Below the pieces are notes generated by a model that was not told the DNA's origin, did not search any database, and saw nothing but the letters and a program-made list of their open reading frames with translations. From Candidatus Omnitrophota bacterium (GTDB lineage Bacteria > Omnitrophota > Gorgyraeia > 2-02-FULL-51-18 > JAGOUK01), in contig JBLINS010000004.1 of assembly GCA_047639455.1 (NCBI GenBank), positions 1-60,469 on the forward strand: a stretch of 60,469 nucleotides of DNA, read 5' to 3'. A program made the position numbers and the translations under genes. This document shows positions 34,184 to 45,056 of the stretch, piece after piece (the first letter of the stretch is position 1; each line of letters begins with the position of its first letter).

Positions 34184-36829
34184 TTAAGACCAGCGAGTCA
34201 AGATGGCTTGTAATTGCTCCGGTTGTATGGGCTTACTCAAAAAGTCATTCATGCCAGCTGCTAGACTGGCCTCTTTGTCTTCTTTCATCACGGCAGCAGT
34301 GACTGCAATAATCGGTATGTCTGGATTGGTTTTGCGAATTTCGACAGCGGCCTCAACGCCTCCCATAATAGGCATTTGAAGATCCATGAGAATAAGCTGG
34401 TAATCATTCTCTCCAGATATTTTTTCAATGGCTTCTTGACCATTATCCACTACATCAACTTCACAATTTAAGTCATCTAATAGGCATTTGATTAATTCTT
34501 GATTAATCATATTGTCTTCGGCAACCAGAATTTTTGTGGTTTGCATGATTTCATTAGACAAGTAGCGCGTGATAAATTTGCCTGGAGGGTGATGACCGCT
34601 CAACATGGTTTGAACGACTTTGCTAAAATCAGACTCCAAAATAGGCTTGGCCAAAAAAGCATCAAAACCAGCTGTCTGCACGCGTGAAGCAACACCAGGC
34701 ATACTATCTGAAGTGATGGCCATGAGCTTGATATCTTGATAAGCGGTTATTGCTTTAATCTTTTGAGCAAACATACACCCATCAATGCCCGGCATCATAA
34801 TGTCTGAAATAATAAGGCCAGGCAAATCACTTGCCTGAGCTAACCAATCCAGCGCATTTGCCGCTGATGAATTCTCGTATATGACTTCTAAGCCCATTTT
34901 TTGACAATGTTCGAGAATGATATGTCTGGCATGCTCATTATCATCAACAATGGCAACAGTTTGACCAGCCAATTTTGCAACTCCAATGGGTAGCGCTTTT
35001 TGTATGAATGCCTCTTTAGCATCATGTAATTCGAAAGTGAGCGTGAATGTGCTACCCTCGCCCACCTTAGACTCAACTCGAATATCACCATGCATGAGTT
35101 CAATTAAAGACTTAGAAATAGCCAGACCCAGACCTGTGCCGCCATATTTACGCGTTGTTGTGAAATCAACTTGAGTGAATTGGCCAAATACGTGCTCAAC
35201 TTTGTCTTCGGGTATGCCTATGCCCGTGTCTTTTATCGCTATACTTAACTTTCTTTTGCCTGAATCATCCTGGCTCTCTTGAGTGACAATGACTCCGACA
35301 GAACCAATTTCGGTAAATTTAATTGAATTACTCAAGAAGTTGAGCAGGATTTGGCGAATAGCGGTTGGATCACCATTCAAGCGTGGCGGTATATTGGATG
35401 CATACCTCCAAAATAATTCAACTTCACTGCCTTTTTTGAGACGGGCGGAGGCTATTTGTGCGCTCTCTTCAATTAATTTGGGAAAATCAAAATCGATTAA
35501 TTCGAGCTTTCTTTCTTTGGCTTCAATTTTTGAAAAGTCGAGTATATCGGTGATGATGTCCAATAAGCCCCGCCCACTAGTTAAAACCGTATTTGAATAT
35601 TTGCTTTGTTTTTCGTTCAAATCCGTCTTTTGCATGAGTTCACTAAAGCCAATAATGGCATTTAAGGGGGTGCGGATTTCATGCGACATATTGGCCAAGA
35701 ATTGCGACTTGGCTTGGCTAGCATTAACCGCTGCTTCTTTGGCCTCTATTAATTCTTTTTCTTGAATCTTGCGCTCACTAATATCTTTAGCTATAGTCAC
35801 AATACCTTGCAATTTAGAGTCCACGTCCCGCAAAGGCGAAGCTGAATACAGCATTTGGATACTGCGACCGTCACTCGTGACAAAATCCACATCAAAATCG
35901 CGAATGCCTTTTTTGATCATAGAAATAGTTCGAAGACTCTTAAACATCTCATCTGGCGGCATAATCATTTTGGCCTTGGAGCCCAAAAGCTCCTCTTCGC
36001 TATAACCCAGTAACTTGCAAGCAACCTTATTAACCATCGTGATATTTGTCTGCATATCAAATATAATCAAAGCATCATTAATATTCGATAGTATATTATT
36101 AAAGTAATCTTTGGAAACGGTGCTTTGGGCCAATTGATTAGACATAGTATTAAATTCAGCTACCAATTGACCCAATTCATCATGCGAATCAATATTAATA
36201 TGTTGCTCAAAATCACCCTGCTTAATCTTGGTAATGGACTCCAATAGTGCATGTATAGGTCGAACAAGGATATTGGCGACAATGGAAGCAGCTACAATTC
36301 CGAAGAGTAAAAAAAATAGGCCCAAACTCAAACTTTGATTACGCGAGCGCGTCAAAGCCAAATTCAATTCATTTAATGAAATGTCTAATCTAATCGATCC
36401 AACTTTATTTTTGCCTAAATAGACGGGCTCCAAAATATGTAGAACATTTTGCTCAAATATCGCATCCGCTCTCAAAAAGCGAGACGACTTCCCAAAGGAG
36501 TCATCCATATATTGGCCTCTGAATTCATTCTCTACGGTTCCATCAGTCAATACGCGGCTTTTTTTATCTAGAACATAAGCGGCCCTGACATTTTCGTTTT
36601 TTTTGATATCATCAACTATCTTGCGTAAATCACCCAAGCGAAACAGAGCTAAGGCGTCTGTCGCATTAGCTCCAAATACATTCGTGGTATACCTCGCTTG
36701 TTGAAGCAAATCTTTGCGTAAGAACTTGGCTTGAGTTTGGGTATTAAAATAAGTGGAAGTGGCTATGAATGCGGTTAATAAAAAGCATAAGCTGACAATG
36801 AGTTTGGTTCTGATGTTTAGCTTTAACAT
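34184..36829 (-). CDS. Hybrid histidine kinase: periplasmic sensor, HAMP, PAS, HisKA, HATPase, two REC domains
   Basis: Two TMs, DELGQL HAMP, PAS (GYSEEEL, DISERK), [10 protein letters not shown], two receivers. Confidence 0.93.
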   Translation of the reverse strand: MLKLNIRTKLIVSLCFLLTAFIATSTYFNTQTQAKFLRKDLLQQARYTTNVFGANATDALALFRLGDLRKIVDDIKKNENVRAAYVLDKKSRVLTDGTVENEFRGQYMDDSFGKSSRFLRADAIFEQNVLHILEPVYLGKNKVGSIRLDISLNELNLALTRSRNQSLSLGLFFLLFGIVAASIVANILVRPIHALLESITKIKQGDFEQHINIDSHDELGQLVAEFNTMSNQLAQSTVSKDYFNNILSNINDALIIFDMQTNITMVNKVACKLLGYSEEELLGSKAKMIMPPDEMFKSLRTISMIKKGIRDFDVDFVTSDGRSIQMLYSASPLRDVDSKLQGIVTIAKDISERKIQEKELIEAKEAAVNASQAKSQFLANMSHEIRTPLNAIIGFSELMQKTDLNEKQSKYSNTVLTSGRGLLDIITDILDFSKIEAKERKLELIDFDFPKLIEESAQIASARLKKGSEVELFWRYASNIPPRLNGDPTAIRQILLNFLSNSIKFTEIGSVGVIVTQESQDDSGKRKLSIAIKDTGIGIPEDKVEHVFGQFTQVDFTTTRKYGGTGLGLAISKSLIELMHGDIRVESKVGEGSTFTLTFELHDAKEAFIQKALPIGVAKLAGQTVAIVDDNEHARHIILEHCQKMGLEVIYENSSAANALDWLAQASDLPGLIISDIMMPGIDGCMFAQKIKAITAYQDIKLMAITSDSMPGVASRVQTAGFDAFLAKPILESDFSKVVQTMLSGHHPPGKFITRYLSNEIMQTTKILVAEDNMINQELIKCLLDDLNCEVDVVDNGQEAIEKISGENDYQLILMDLQMPIMGGVEAAVEIRKTNPDIPIIAVTAAVMKEDKEASLAAGMNDFLSKPIQPEQLQAILTRWS

Positions 36830-36853
36830 GGGTCTTGAATGGTCACATATACT

Positions 36854-37768
36854 TTATAATTCTTTAACCAAGTTAATAATCGGATTCATTTGAGCATCAA
36901 TGTCACCATCAAAATCATCAAATCGCTTGGTTTTCTTGAAGGCTGCCAAAACAGCTTGGCCATCCTCGGTCTTATCCATATTCACTAGAATATCTTTTAG
37001 AGCATTAATGATTTTTGGATCCAAATCCGCTCGATGTGAAACGACTTGCCTAGGGACATCAATGGTTTCTTTAATAATAGTCAAATCCACCAAATCAGAA
37101 CCAGCCAATTCCTCAAAGTCAATATTGTTCACAGCACCTGCGGCAACGATGCCTCTGGCAACCCAAAGCACAGTGGCTTCATCGTCTTCAGAAAATACAT
37201 AGCCTATTTTGCCATCAGGTATATTGTCCTCAGGTGATTTTAATTCACTCATTTGAAGTCCTTGCTTCAATATAGTGGCTTTTGGAAGAAAATAAGCTGA
37301 AGTTGAAAAAGGTTCTTCAAATGCAATCACCTCATCAACCAAATCACCCAAATTCTCTATGCCGCTATCTTTATGAGTAAAAATCAGGCTGCGATATTCT
37401 TTAACGCCCTTTTTCCAGCGCCTCAGGAATATCTCGGAGCCAGATTTATTAGCAACTTGAATGGCTGGGAATGGGCTGTCGAAATAAATATCAACCTTGC
37501 CCTTCTTTAGTAATTTGGCCATTTTGACCATAGTAGTCGTTGCCACAACTTGGCAACTCTCTATGCCAACAGCCTTTAAGTGTTGGCCCAAATAATCGGC
37601 TAAGGGCTGAAATTTGATAACTTCTTCTGATGGAGAACCTCCAATAGAGCCAATAGTCAGAATCGATTCTTCGGCATGCAAAAGAAAAGGGCCAGCACAA
37701 AATACCGCCATAAGCATGAATGATTTGAATATGTATTTTGGACTTAACATTATTTGAAGACCTCCCAC
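36854..37768 (-). CDS. PhnD-like phosphate/phosphonate substrate-binding protein
   Basis: Signal peptide, FQPLADYL, STSAYFLP, VDIYFDSP; no ABC permease nearby, directly upstream of a kinase. Confidence 0.85.
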   Translation of the reverse strand: MGGLQIMLSPKYIFKSFMLMAVFCAGPFLLHAEESILTIGSIGGSPSEEVIKFQPLADYLGQHLKAVGIESCQVVATTTMVKMAKLLKKGKVDIYFDSPFPAIQVANKSGSEIFLRRWKKGVKEYRSLIFTHKDSGIENLGDLVDEVIAFEEPFSTSAYFLPKATILKQGLQMSELKSPEDNIPDGKIGYVFSEDDEATVLWVARGIVAAGAVNNIDFEELAGSDLVDLTIIKETIDVPRQVVSHRADLDPKIINALKDILVNMDKTEDGQAVLAAFKKTKRFDDFDGDIDAQMNPIINLVKEL

Positions 37769-37942
37769 ATATGGATGATTTCTACCTATTGGTAAATTTA
37801 TTTAAAATTAAACTTATCTATCTAATACTATACATAATTACACTATAATAACCAAATTGTAAAGGGTTAATGGGAAAAAGTGTGTGTTTTGGTGGTGATT
37901 CTGGGTTTTGCCTACAAATCGCAGACAAAACCCAGAATGTTT

Positions 37943-39178
37943 TTAGAATTGATATTCCAATTGGAGCATGAGCTCATTATTATTGATGTCGCGAGCACCC
38001 GTCTCTTCTTCAGCAATGGTGTATTCTGTTTTAAGCTTCATGTTTTCTGCAATTTGCGTAATCAAAGCAAAGGTATACTCTTCCCTATCCCAAGTTCCAG
38101 GCAAATTGAATGTAGCATCATTATCAATCATGAGCTGACCGTAACGGAATAACAACTGTTGTTCAGTGCCATACTTCCAATCAACTGGAAGCGTGAAGTC
38201 AAACGTGGGTTGTAAATACCAAGCATAACGATCAAAGTCGCCGTCTCTAGCATCGATGAATTGGCCGGCTAAACCCAAACTACCTATGCTGTATTCAAAG
38301 TTAAGGCCTATTCTGGTTTGATCATCGTCTGTTGAGGAGTAATTGTTCAAACTCGTAGTCAAAAAGGCCTTGTCAGCATTACTTAATTTGCTAATCAAAC
38401 CCCAAGCTAATATTTCTAATTGGCCCGCTTCACCCAAGTCAAATTCATAACCCAATCCACCAGAGAATTCATGGAAGCCATTATAAGCAGCTCCACGCGA
38501 ATCATCATGAATCAGCGCATAAGCGTCACCCGTAGAGTCATCCTCGCCTATATCGCGCGTATCCAACTCCAACCCTTGTGACAAGGAAAATGCTATATAA
38601 ACATCATTGACCTCAGCTTCCCAAAGAAGACCCAATTCTTCATCCCTCCAAAAAGCATTGGCTGCCAATGGATAACGCTCTGTACCTCTAGGGCCTTTGA
38701 AAAACCTATCATCCAAACCCACTTGCAAAGTGGAGTTTAAGGGCAAGTTTTGAAATATGAAGTAATATTCATCCAAATCAACACCGCCGTCTGCAAAGTC
38801 TATATCAGCTTCGAAACGCATGTCTTCATTAATTTGCACCTCTAGCTCCAAGCGTACCTTGTCAATTTGCATATGCTGCTCGGGTTCACCGGTAGCCACG
38901 TCATCCTCTGTGTCCACAATTTCAATTTCAACTTCCCCACCCAATTCAATGCCTTGAACCGGTAATTTGGTCCGAAAAACTTGCGGGCCTTTAATTAATT
39001 GTGACGGCTCTAGACCCTTTAAAGAAGCCATTTCAATGCGCATAGCCTGCATTTCTGCCTGCATGACTTGCATTTGATCTCGTAATATCGAAATCTCATC
39101 TGCTGAAGCTGGCAATATGAGCATATAAGTGCTCACTATCGCCAAGGTTAATATTCGTTTAAAATGCATCATATTCAC
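37943..39178 (-). CDS. Outer-membrane beta-barrel porin
   Basis: Signal peptide (ASA), coiled coil, beta-strands, C-terminal LEYQF. Confidence 0.75.
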   Translation of the reverse strand: MNMMHFKRILTLAIVSTYMLILPASADEISILRDQMQVMQAEMQAMRIEMASLKGLEPSQLIKGPQVFRTKLPVQGIELGGEVEIEIVDTEDDVATGEPEQHMQIDKVRLELEVQINEDMRFEADIDFADGGVDLDEYYFIFQNLPLNSTLQVGLDDRFFKGPRGTERYPLAANAFWRDEELGLLWEAEVNDVYIAFSLSQGLELDTRDIGEDDSTGDAYALIHDDSRGAAYNGFHEFSGGLGYEFDLGEAGQLEILAWGLISKLSNADKAFLTTSLNNYSSTDDDQTRIGLNFEYSIGSLGLAGQFIDARDGDFDRYAWYLQPTFDFTLPVDWKYGTEQQLLFRYGQLMIDNDATFNLPGTWDREEYTFALITQIAENMKLKTEYTIAEEETGARDINNNELMLQLEYQF

Positions 39179-39327
39179 TCCCTAATCTATTCGTTATAAA
39201 TGTTAGTTTATGATTAATATTATATGTTTAAACTTAATAAAAGTCAATATAATTGAATACATATGGCTAGAGACAAGTATGGTGCTGTATTGAGTTTATT
39301 TGATTGGTTACCTAAAGAAGCTGGGGA

Positions 39328-39942
39328 TTACGATTGGGGCTTGGGAGGTTTTTTACTAGGGCGGTTTTGCACATAATGAGCAAAGGCCATGAATCCACCG
39401 ACCAGGGCGATGACAGATAACATGAGCAACCAATTCAAATTGGCCATGACTAATTCACGAATATGTTTACCCAAAAAGAAGAAGAATGTCGCAATTAAGA
39501 AATACCTAGCCCCTCTCGAAATGAATGTCATCAGCATGAAGCGCCATGGATCAATCTTAAATGCGCCGCCCGATATAGCAAACATTTTATACGGCAAAGG
39601 CGTGAAACCCGCTATGCCTATCGTCCATAAATCATACTTTTTATAAAAACTCTCAATGGTTTCTACATATTTGGCGGGCACCATCTTCTTAATAATCGGC
39701 CTGCCTCCCTTAAGTCCAATTGTGTAACCCACTATGGCTCCTAATAACGAGCCAGCCAAAGCAATTGAAGCATAAAAGTAAGCATACTCATGCCGAATCG
39801 CGGACATTGGTATTTGTAAAACATCTGAAGGAATAGGTGAAATACAGGATTCTAAAAAAGCCAAAACAAATAAAGCCAACGCCCCTTCTGGAGTGCTCGC
39901 TAAAGTGTTTAACCATATTTCTAAGTGCTGCATCATATCCAT
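39328..39942 (-). CDS. DedA/YqaA (VTT) family membrane protein
   Basis: FLESCISPIPSDVL, GSLLGA..GY.IG, FTPLPYKMF, SRGARY; probable start MDMMQ at 39942 (ORF track extends to 40005). Confidence 0.88.
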   Translation of the reverse strand: MDMMQHLEIWLNTLASTPEGALALFVLAFLESCISPIPSDVLQIPMSAIRHEYAYFYASIALAGSLLGAIVGYTIGLKGGRPIIKKMVPAKYVETIESFYKKYDLWTIGIAGFTPLPYKMFAISGGAFKIDPWRFMLMTFISRGARYFLIATFFFFLGKHIRELVMANLNWLLMLSVIALVGGFMAFAHYVQNRPSKKPPKPQS

Positions 39943-40003
39943 AAGACTGCTATTATAAGCATGCCCACCCCAAAACACAACCCGCTTAACCCAATCACCC
40001 AGC

Positions 40004-41427
40004 AAAACCTGTACCTATATAGTTAGTATGTCCGAACTCCCGTCATCCTGAGACACCGCGGAGCAGGTGGCGTGAGGATCTCAGTAAGTCTGTACCTGCA
40101 TAATCACCATGTCCGTCACAAAATGATTGTTCTGACTAATTTTGTCATCTAGAGCTCCAACTCAAATGGCATGAACATACAATCCTGACTACAGCACGCC
40201 ATTTGCGTGGAGCTTCTTTTAATCACAAAATACGTCAACAATCATAAAGTTCCGGACACGGTAACTATGCAGGTACAAATAAATACAAGGTTGCCACAAC
40301 TAAACTAAATCGTATGTGTAATGCGGTATAAAAATAAAACAAAATGATGCGCCTATAGGCAGTGGGCTTCCAGCACCACTGCAGGAGCCTATGAAAAAGG
40401 AGATCCTACAATGCCTCCGGCTAAAGAAATAATGAGGCGCCTGGAATGAGCTTTAGGACTGTCTAAAACCTGGCGGTTTTAGAGGCGTCAGTCTAGGAGC
40501 GTAGCCCATTAAGAGTCTTAAGGTATTAAATTCGGGAACTTCTAACTTCCTAATACACGTATCAATATATGTGTCCCTTGAGCCCTGTGTCTACGGCATT
40601 CATTATTGAACTTACCTTGTTCCGAACTTTCTCCGCACCCAATGCTTGAATTGAAACCAATTTTGATCATCCAATAAATACAACTCTTCGTACCTTTGTC
40701 TATGTTTGTGAGCATTGATAGATAGACGCAAAGAGCGCGCCTCAAGTCGGTACAATAACTCGTTGATCCAGACATTAAATTCAACCAGAGCATAATGGCT
40801 TACAATGCTGGATCGAAACCTTAAAATGAATCTGCCTTTAGATAGACTGAAGAGTCGATGGTTCGGATTATAACTCGTGTTATATATCAATTTATAAATA
40901 TACTAGCGTAATTGTTTTAAGGCTCTTAATAGGCTACCTACTAACCGGCGCTTCCAAAACCGTCAGGTTTTGGATAGCCTCTTAGACTCATCCAGGCGCC
41001 TCATTATTTCTTTAGCCGGAGGCATTGTAGGATCTCCTTTTTCATAGGCTCCTGCAGCGGTGCTGGAAGCCCGCTGCCTATAGGCGCCACATTTAGTTTT
41101 ATTTTTTTACTTTCTTTATTTTTTTTAGGTATGTAATTGCATTAATAATTAGTGCCTGCATAATCACCATGTCCGGAACTTTATGATTGTTGACGTATTT
41201 TGTAATTAAAAGAAGCTCCACTCAAATGGCATGCTGTAGTCAGAATTATATGTTCATGCCATTTGAGTTGGAGCTCTGAATTGCAAAATTAGTCAAAACA
41301 ATCATTTTGTGACGGACATGGCAATTATGCGGGTACTGACTTTTACTGTGAGATCCTCACGTCGGAGTTAACGCGCTCCTCAGGATGACGGGAGTTAGGA
41401 CATGTGACTATGTAGGTACAGGGTTTT
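40004..41427. mobile_element. Nested long inverted repeat (~520-bp arms, ~395-bp loop) built from MITE/REP modules
   Basis: Arm 40004-40522 is the diverged reverse complement of 40918-41427. Each arm holds a ~187-bp MITE with TIR tgtacctgcataatcaccatgtcc. Confidence 0.8.
40612..40890 (-). CDS. Hypothetical 92-aa ORF in the loop of the long inverted repeat
   Basis: ORF only; no recognisable motif. Confidence 0.3.
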   Translation of the reverse strand: MIYNTSYNPNHRLFSLSKGRFILRFRSSIVSHYALVEFNVWINELLYRLEARSLRLSINAHKHRQRYEELYLLDDQNWFQFKHWVRRKFGTR

Positions 41428-41437
41428 ACTAAGGGTT

Positions 41438-43237
41438 TTATTGAGAGCGCCAGATTTTGAGTGGTAGGGAGCCTAGGGCCATGAATAGTATTTGGGTGAC
41501 TATGAAACTGATTAGCCAGAAAAAGGCTTTGTCCATAAAGCCGTAAGAATGCAACCCAACGCCAAGCATATTCACACCAAACCAAGAAAAGCTCGTAACA
41601 ATATTACCAAAGATCACACTGACCATTAATCCGCGTGTCTGAATCACACGTGCTTTGAGTGAGTGTAGCACAATCAAATTCCATAGGACGATTAATAGAG
41701 CCCCATTCTCTTTAGGATCCCAGCCCCAAAAACGGCCCCATGATTGATCAGCCCATATACCGCCCAAAGCCGTACCAACAAAACTAAAAAATAAACTAAA
41801 ACAAACAATTCCATAAACCATGGAATGCGCTTCTTGTTTTTCTTGTGCGCTAAAGTTAGTCGTGAATAAACCACGTAATATATAGGCAATGCCCATAAAC
41901 CCAGCTAAAAAAGTACCGCTATAGCCCATGGTCACAGTAATCACATGTGTTGATAACCAAAAATTAGAATCCAAAACAGCTTGCATCATTTCTAAGGTAT
42001 CGCCTGAGAGTGACAAGTGGTGTGCGATAATTAAAGTTGTGAAGCCTATCGCGCTTGCGGTCAATATTCCCATGCGGTTTTTATAAAAATACTCTAAAAT
42101 TTGACTCACGAATATTGCTATCCACCCGACAAAAACAGCGGATGCATACAAATTCGTGACAGGCGGCCTGCCCTGCAAAACCATGCGGCTAATCAAACCT
42201 ATGGTGTGAATAATAAAGGCTAGCAAAAGCATATTGCCTGCTAAACGACCCAAGCCTTTAGGCCAAAAAAGCCAAGACAAAATAATCAAAATAAAGCTCA
42301 GTAAGTACAAAACCACACTTTTGTAAAATGGCTCAAAGTCATTAAATAATACTTCGAAACGAGCTTTTTGATAGGCCTGTCGCAACTCGCTATTGGACGT
42401 TTGATTTAATTCATTAAGCGTTTCATTTAAGCTTGGCCAATCTTGAGTATTGTATTGATCTAATAATTGTGCATAAGCACTCAGACCTGGGTGAAAGAGT
42501 TTTGTTTGCATAAAATTCATAAAGCTATGGCCTGTATTTAGCCAGTCCTCGGGTTCCGAGCTCTGCCCTTCCAAAGGCGCAATGGGCGCAAATAATGCCA
42601 CGCGACTCGAGAATTCATACTTCTCTTGTAGCTGTGCCAAATCATTACCATCAGAACCCGGAACATGGGACATCATAATAGACTTATCCTCTTCTAAAAC
42701 ATGATTAGCGTCTAAAAATAGGTATTCAGAAAACAAAGTATTTTTTAATCGGGAATAGAGCATCAGGTGATCTTTTAAACTAATTAAGGCGCGTTGATAA
42801 GGCGACCAAAGTTTTTTTGTATATTGACCGACTTGTTGAGATTGAGCGTGGATTTGGGCCAAATGCGGCATGAGTTCAGCATAACTAAACATTTTCTTTT
42901 TTAAGTCACGCATACCTAAGAAGACTTTGACATCTGGATTATGAATTAAGAATATTGGGTATTGATCAGCAATTTCAGCGCGGGTCAAAACGTCCACAAG
43001 CCATTGAGTTGCATTTAACTGTTTATCTTTTAAGCGTAGTTTTTGTTTACCGTGAATTAAAATCAAAGACAAACGCGCCACTGAATCTAGAGGCTTGAGG
43101 CGTCCATTATGCAATACCGGGATATGTCCAATTTGTTCTTGGTGAATAGCTTCAATCGTTTTGGGTTTTTGAAGCATGGGCATGCTCAAACCAATTAAAA
43201 GCATTAGTGGAATGAGGGCACATAATATTTTCTTCAT
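41438..43237 (-). CDS. ccsA: System II cytochrome c synthase CcsA/ResC with large N-terminal soluble domain
   Basis: GRPPVTNLY, WLSTHV, WWD motif GGIWADQSWGRFWGWDPKE, GLHSYG. Confidence 0.93.
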   Translation of the reverse strand: MKKILCALIPLMLLIGLSMPMLQKPKTIEAIHQEQIGHIPVLHNGRLKPLDSVARLSLILIHGKQKLRLKDKQLNATQWLVDVLTRAEIADQYPIFLIHNPDVKVFLGMRDLKKKMFSYAELMPHLAQIHAQSQQVGQYTKKLWSPYQRALISLKDHLMLYSRLKNTLFSEYLFLDANHVLEEDKSIMMSHVPGSDGNDLAQLQEKYEFSSRVALFAPIAPLEGQSSEPEDWLNTGHSFMNFMQTKLFHPGLSAYAQLLDQYNTQDWPSLNETLNELNQTSNSELRQAYQKARFEVLFNDFEPFYKSVVLYLLSFILIILSWLFWPKGLGRLAGNMLLLAFIIHTIGLISRMVLQGRPPVTNLYASAVFVGWIAIFVSQILEYFYKNRMGILTASAIGFTTLIIAHHLSLSGDTLEMMQAVLDSNFWLSTHVITVTMGYSGTFLAGFMGIAYILRGLFTTNFSAQEKQEAHSMVYGIVCFSLFFSFVGTALGGIWADQSWGRFWGWDPKENGALLIVLWNLIVLHSLKARVIQTRGLMVSVIFGNIVTSFSWFGVNMLGVGLHSYGFMDKAFFWLISFIVTQILFMALGSLPLKIWRSQ

Positions 43238-44379
43238 TGAGCGGACCGGCTACCCCTTTGAACAAAATTCTTTAATTGGCTCATGAATTGAATCAATAAG
43301 CCTAGGGCCACTAAAGCGCAAGAAATATAAGGCACAATCCACCCGGGATTATGAATCACATCCAGTATGGACATAGTGTCATTTTGACCAAAGCTAGCTT
43401 GATAATAAGTCTTTCCACGATGACGTAAAGGGTGATTCATATAAATCAGAGCATCCCTTTCTTCACCGCGCTTTGGATCTGATAAATATATTTCACTAGA
43501 AAAGTTTTTAGGAATTTGGGTGCCTGCATAGATTTCATGTTTGAAGTCTTTAAGCGTAATATCGTAATCATTATAATAGCGTTTGGCTCTAATTTGCATA
43601 TCATAGGCAATGCCTTTGAATTCAAAACGTTGTGGAGCCGCCATAACCAAAGAGAATAACCACGTACCCAAACGCTCAGAGCCGTCCCACAACTCAACAA
43701 AAGCGGTGGCTTGTTCGGGCCGCACATCGCTATTAAATAAATCTAGGGCCGTTACATGCGCTCCCTGCCCAAGGCCTTGGTCCACGCTTGGGTATAGCGG
43801 GTCTTCAACAGCATGTTCGTGAATCACGACATCCGCATTAGGTAAGTATTTTTGCACTTTGATTTGAAAAGGCAAATCACCCTCTTGAATTAAAGTATTC
43901 TTTTTAAGTCGCGACTCGGGAATGCTAGTAATGGTGTCAATGAGCGGATGGGACTTATTAATAATGGCTAATTCTACTTTGCTATAAGACTCTGAATAAT
44001 TCTTAGTCTCGCCCTCTGATATCATCATAAAGCCATCATTGGATAATACCGACGTGATGCCACCGCCTATCATCAGCACCATTATGCCCGCATGAATAAT
44101 AATAAGACCTATATTTTGTTTTTTGAATTTGAAACGCGTCAAAAAAACAGCCGTCAAATTAACAATTAAGATCAACCCGACTAAATAACCCCCAGGGAAA
44201 ACGGGGACTCGATAAGAGCCTATAGGGTGAAACACAAAAAAGGTGAGGAAGTATTTCTTTTGCACGGCATATATACCTAAATTCACCTGATCCATTGTGC
44301 CGACGAATATTAGCAGCATATAAATCATCAAACAAATGATAACGACCCGCAGTGATGTGAAAAAACGTAGAATGGCCAT
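43234..44379 (-). CDS. resB: System II cytochrome c biogenesis protein ResB/CcsB
   Basis: GT..Q, IHAG, MNHPL.H.G..YYQASF, NPG..VPY; overlaps ccsA. Confidence 0.88.
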   Translation of the reverse strand: MAILRFFTSLRVVIICLMIYMLLIFVGTMDQVNLGIYAVQKKYFLTFFVFHPIGSYRVPVFPGGYLVGLILIVNLTAVFLTRFKFKKQNIGLIIIHAGIMVLMIGGGITSVLSNDGFMMISEGETKNYSESYSKVELAIINKSHPLIDTITSIPESRLKKNTLIQEGDLPFQIKVQKYLPNADVVIHEHAVEDPLYPSVDQGLGQGAHVTALDLFNSDVRPEQATAFVELWDGSERLGTWLFSLVMAAPQRFEFKGIAYDMQIRAKRYYNDYDITLKDFKHEIYAGTQIPKNFSSEIYLSDPKRGEERDALIYMNHPLRHRGKTYYQASFGQNDTMSILDVIHNPGWIVPYISCALVALGLLIQFMSQLKNFVQRGSRSAQ

Positions 44380-44395
44380 AGGTATGTGCTTAATC

Positions 44396-44791
44396 TTAGG
44401 AATGAATTAAACGACCACCGGTATAACCGGTCAATAATATGAGTAAAGTGCCGATTAAGGCCGTGAAGAGATGGTATTTTTGATAATAACCTTCTTTCGG
44501 ATCCGCCCATTTCCAATAAGCGCCCCTAAAGATATAAACATATAATGTGCCAATAGAATTAATATAATGCGTACGGCCCACGCCATTAAAGCCACCCCAA
44601 GCCTCCATATCCATAAATCCAGATATCATACTTAAGATCAGAAAAATAAATCCAGCTATGAAATTAATACGTGCGAATCGCAAATAAGCCGGATCTTTTT
44701 TATAGACCCATAAACATAAAAGTACGAATTCAAAAAATAATAAAGTTATCGGAAAATGAATAACTATAATGTGATTAAAAAAGTTCAGCAT
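44396..44791 (-). CDS. DUF2231-like membrane protein
   Basis: HIIVIHFPI start and TGYTGGRL end; four TM segments. Confidence 0.7.
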   Translation of the reverse strand: MLNFFNHIIVIHFPITLLFFEFVLLCLWVYKKDPAYLRFARINFIAGFIFLILSMISGFMDMEAWGGFNGVGRTHYINSIGTLYVYIFRGAYWKWADPKEGYYQKYHLFTALIGTLLILLTGYTGGRLIHS

Positions 44792-44854
44792 GGTCTAATT
44801 TTCATTCTATTAATTTTAAAAAGTTCATTTGTTATTCAGGGTACGCTATCCCCC

Positions 44855-44985
44855 GTCATTGCGAGGCCGTTTTGTGGCCGCGGCAATCTAAGCCCCGTAA
44901 CTAATCAATTTTATTTATATTTGACACCTAATATCTAATCTTACACTAGATTGCCGCGTTGCTGCTCCGCGCAACTCGCAATGAC
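44855..44985. repeat. REP-like inverted pair
   Basis: gtcattgcgagg...ggcaatct / agattgcc...ctcgcaatgac. Confidence 0.75.
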
Positions 44986-45056
44986 GTGATGACTACTCCG
45001 CGCCTGTCTGCCGACAAGCAGGCAACGTTCACCGGTCGTAGTCGAAAGATCTTATT

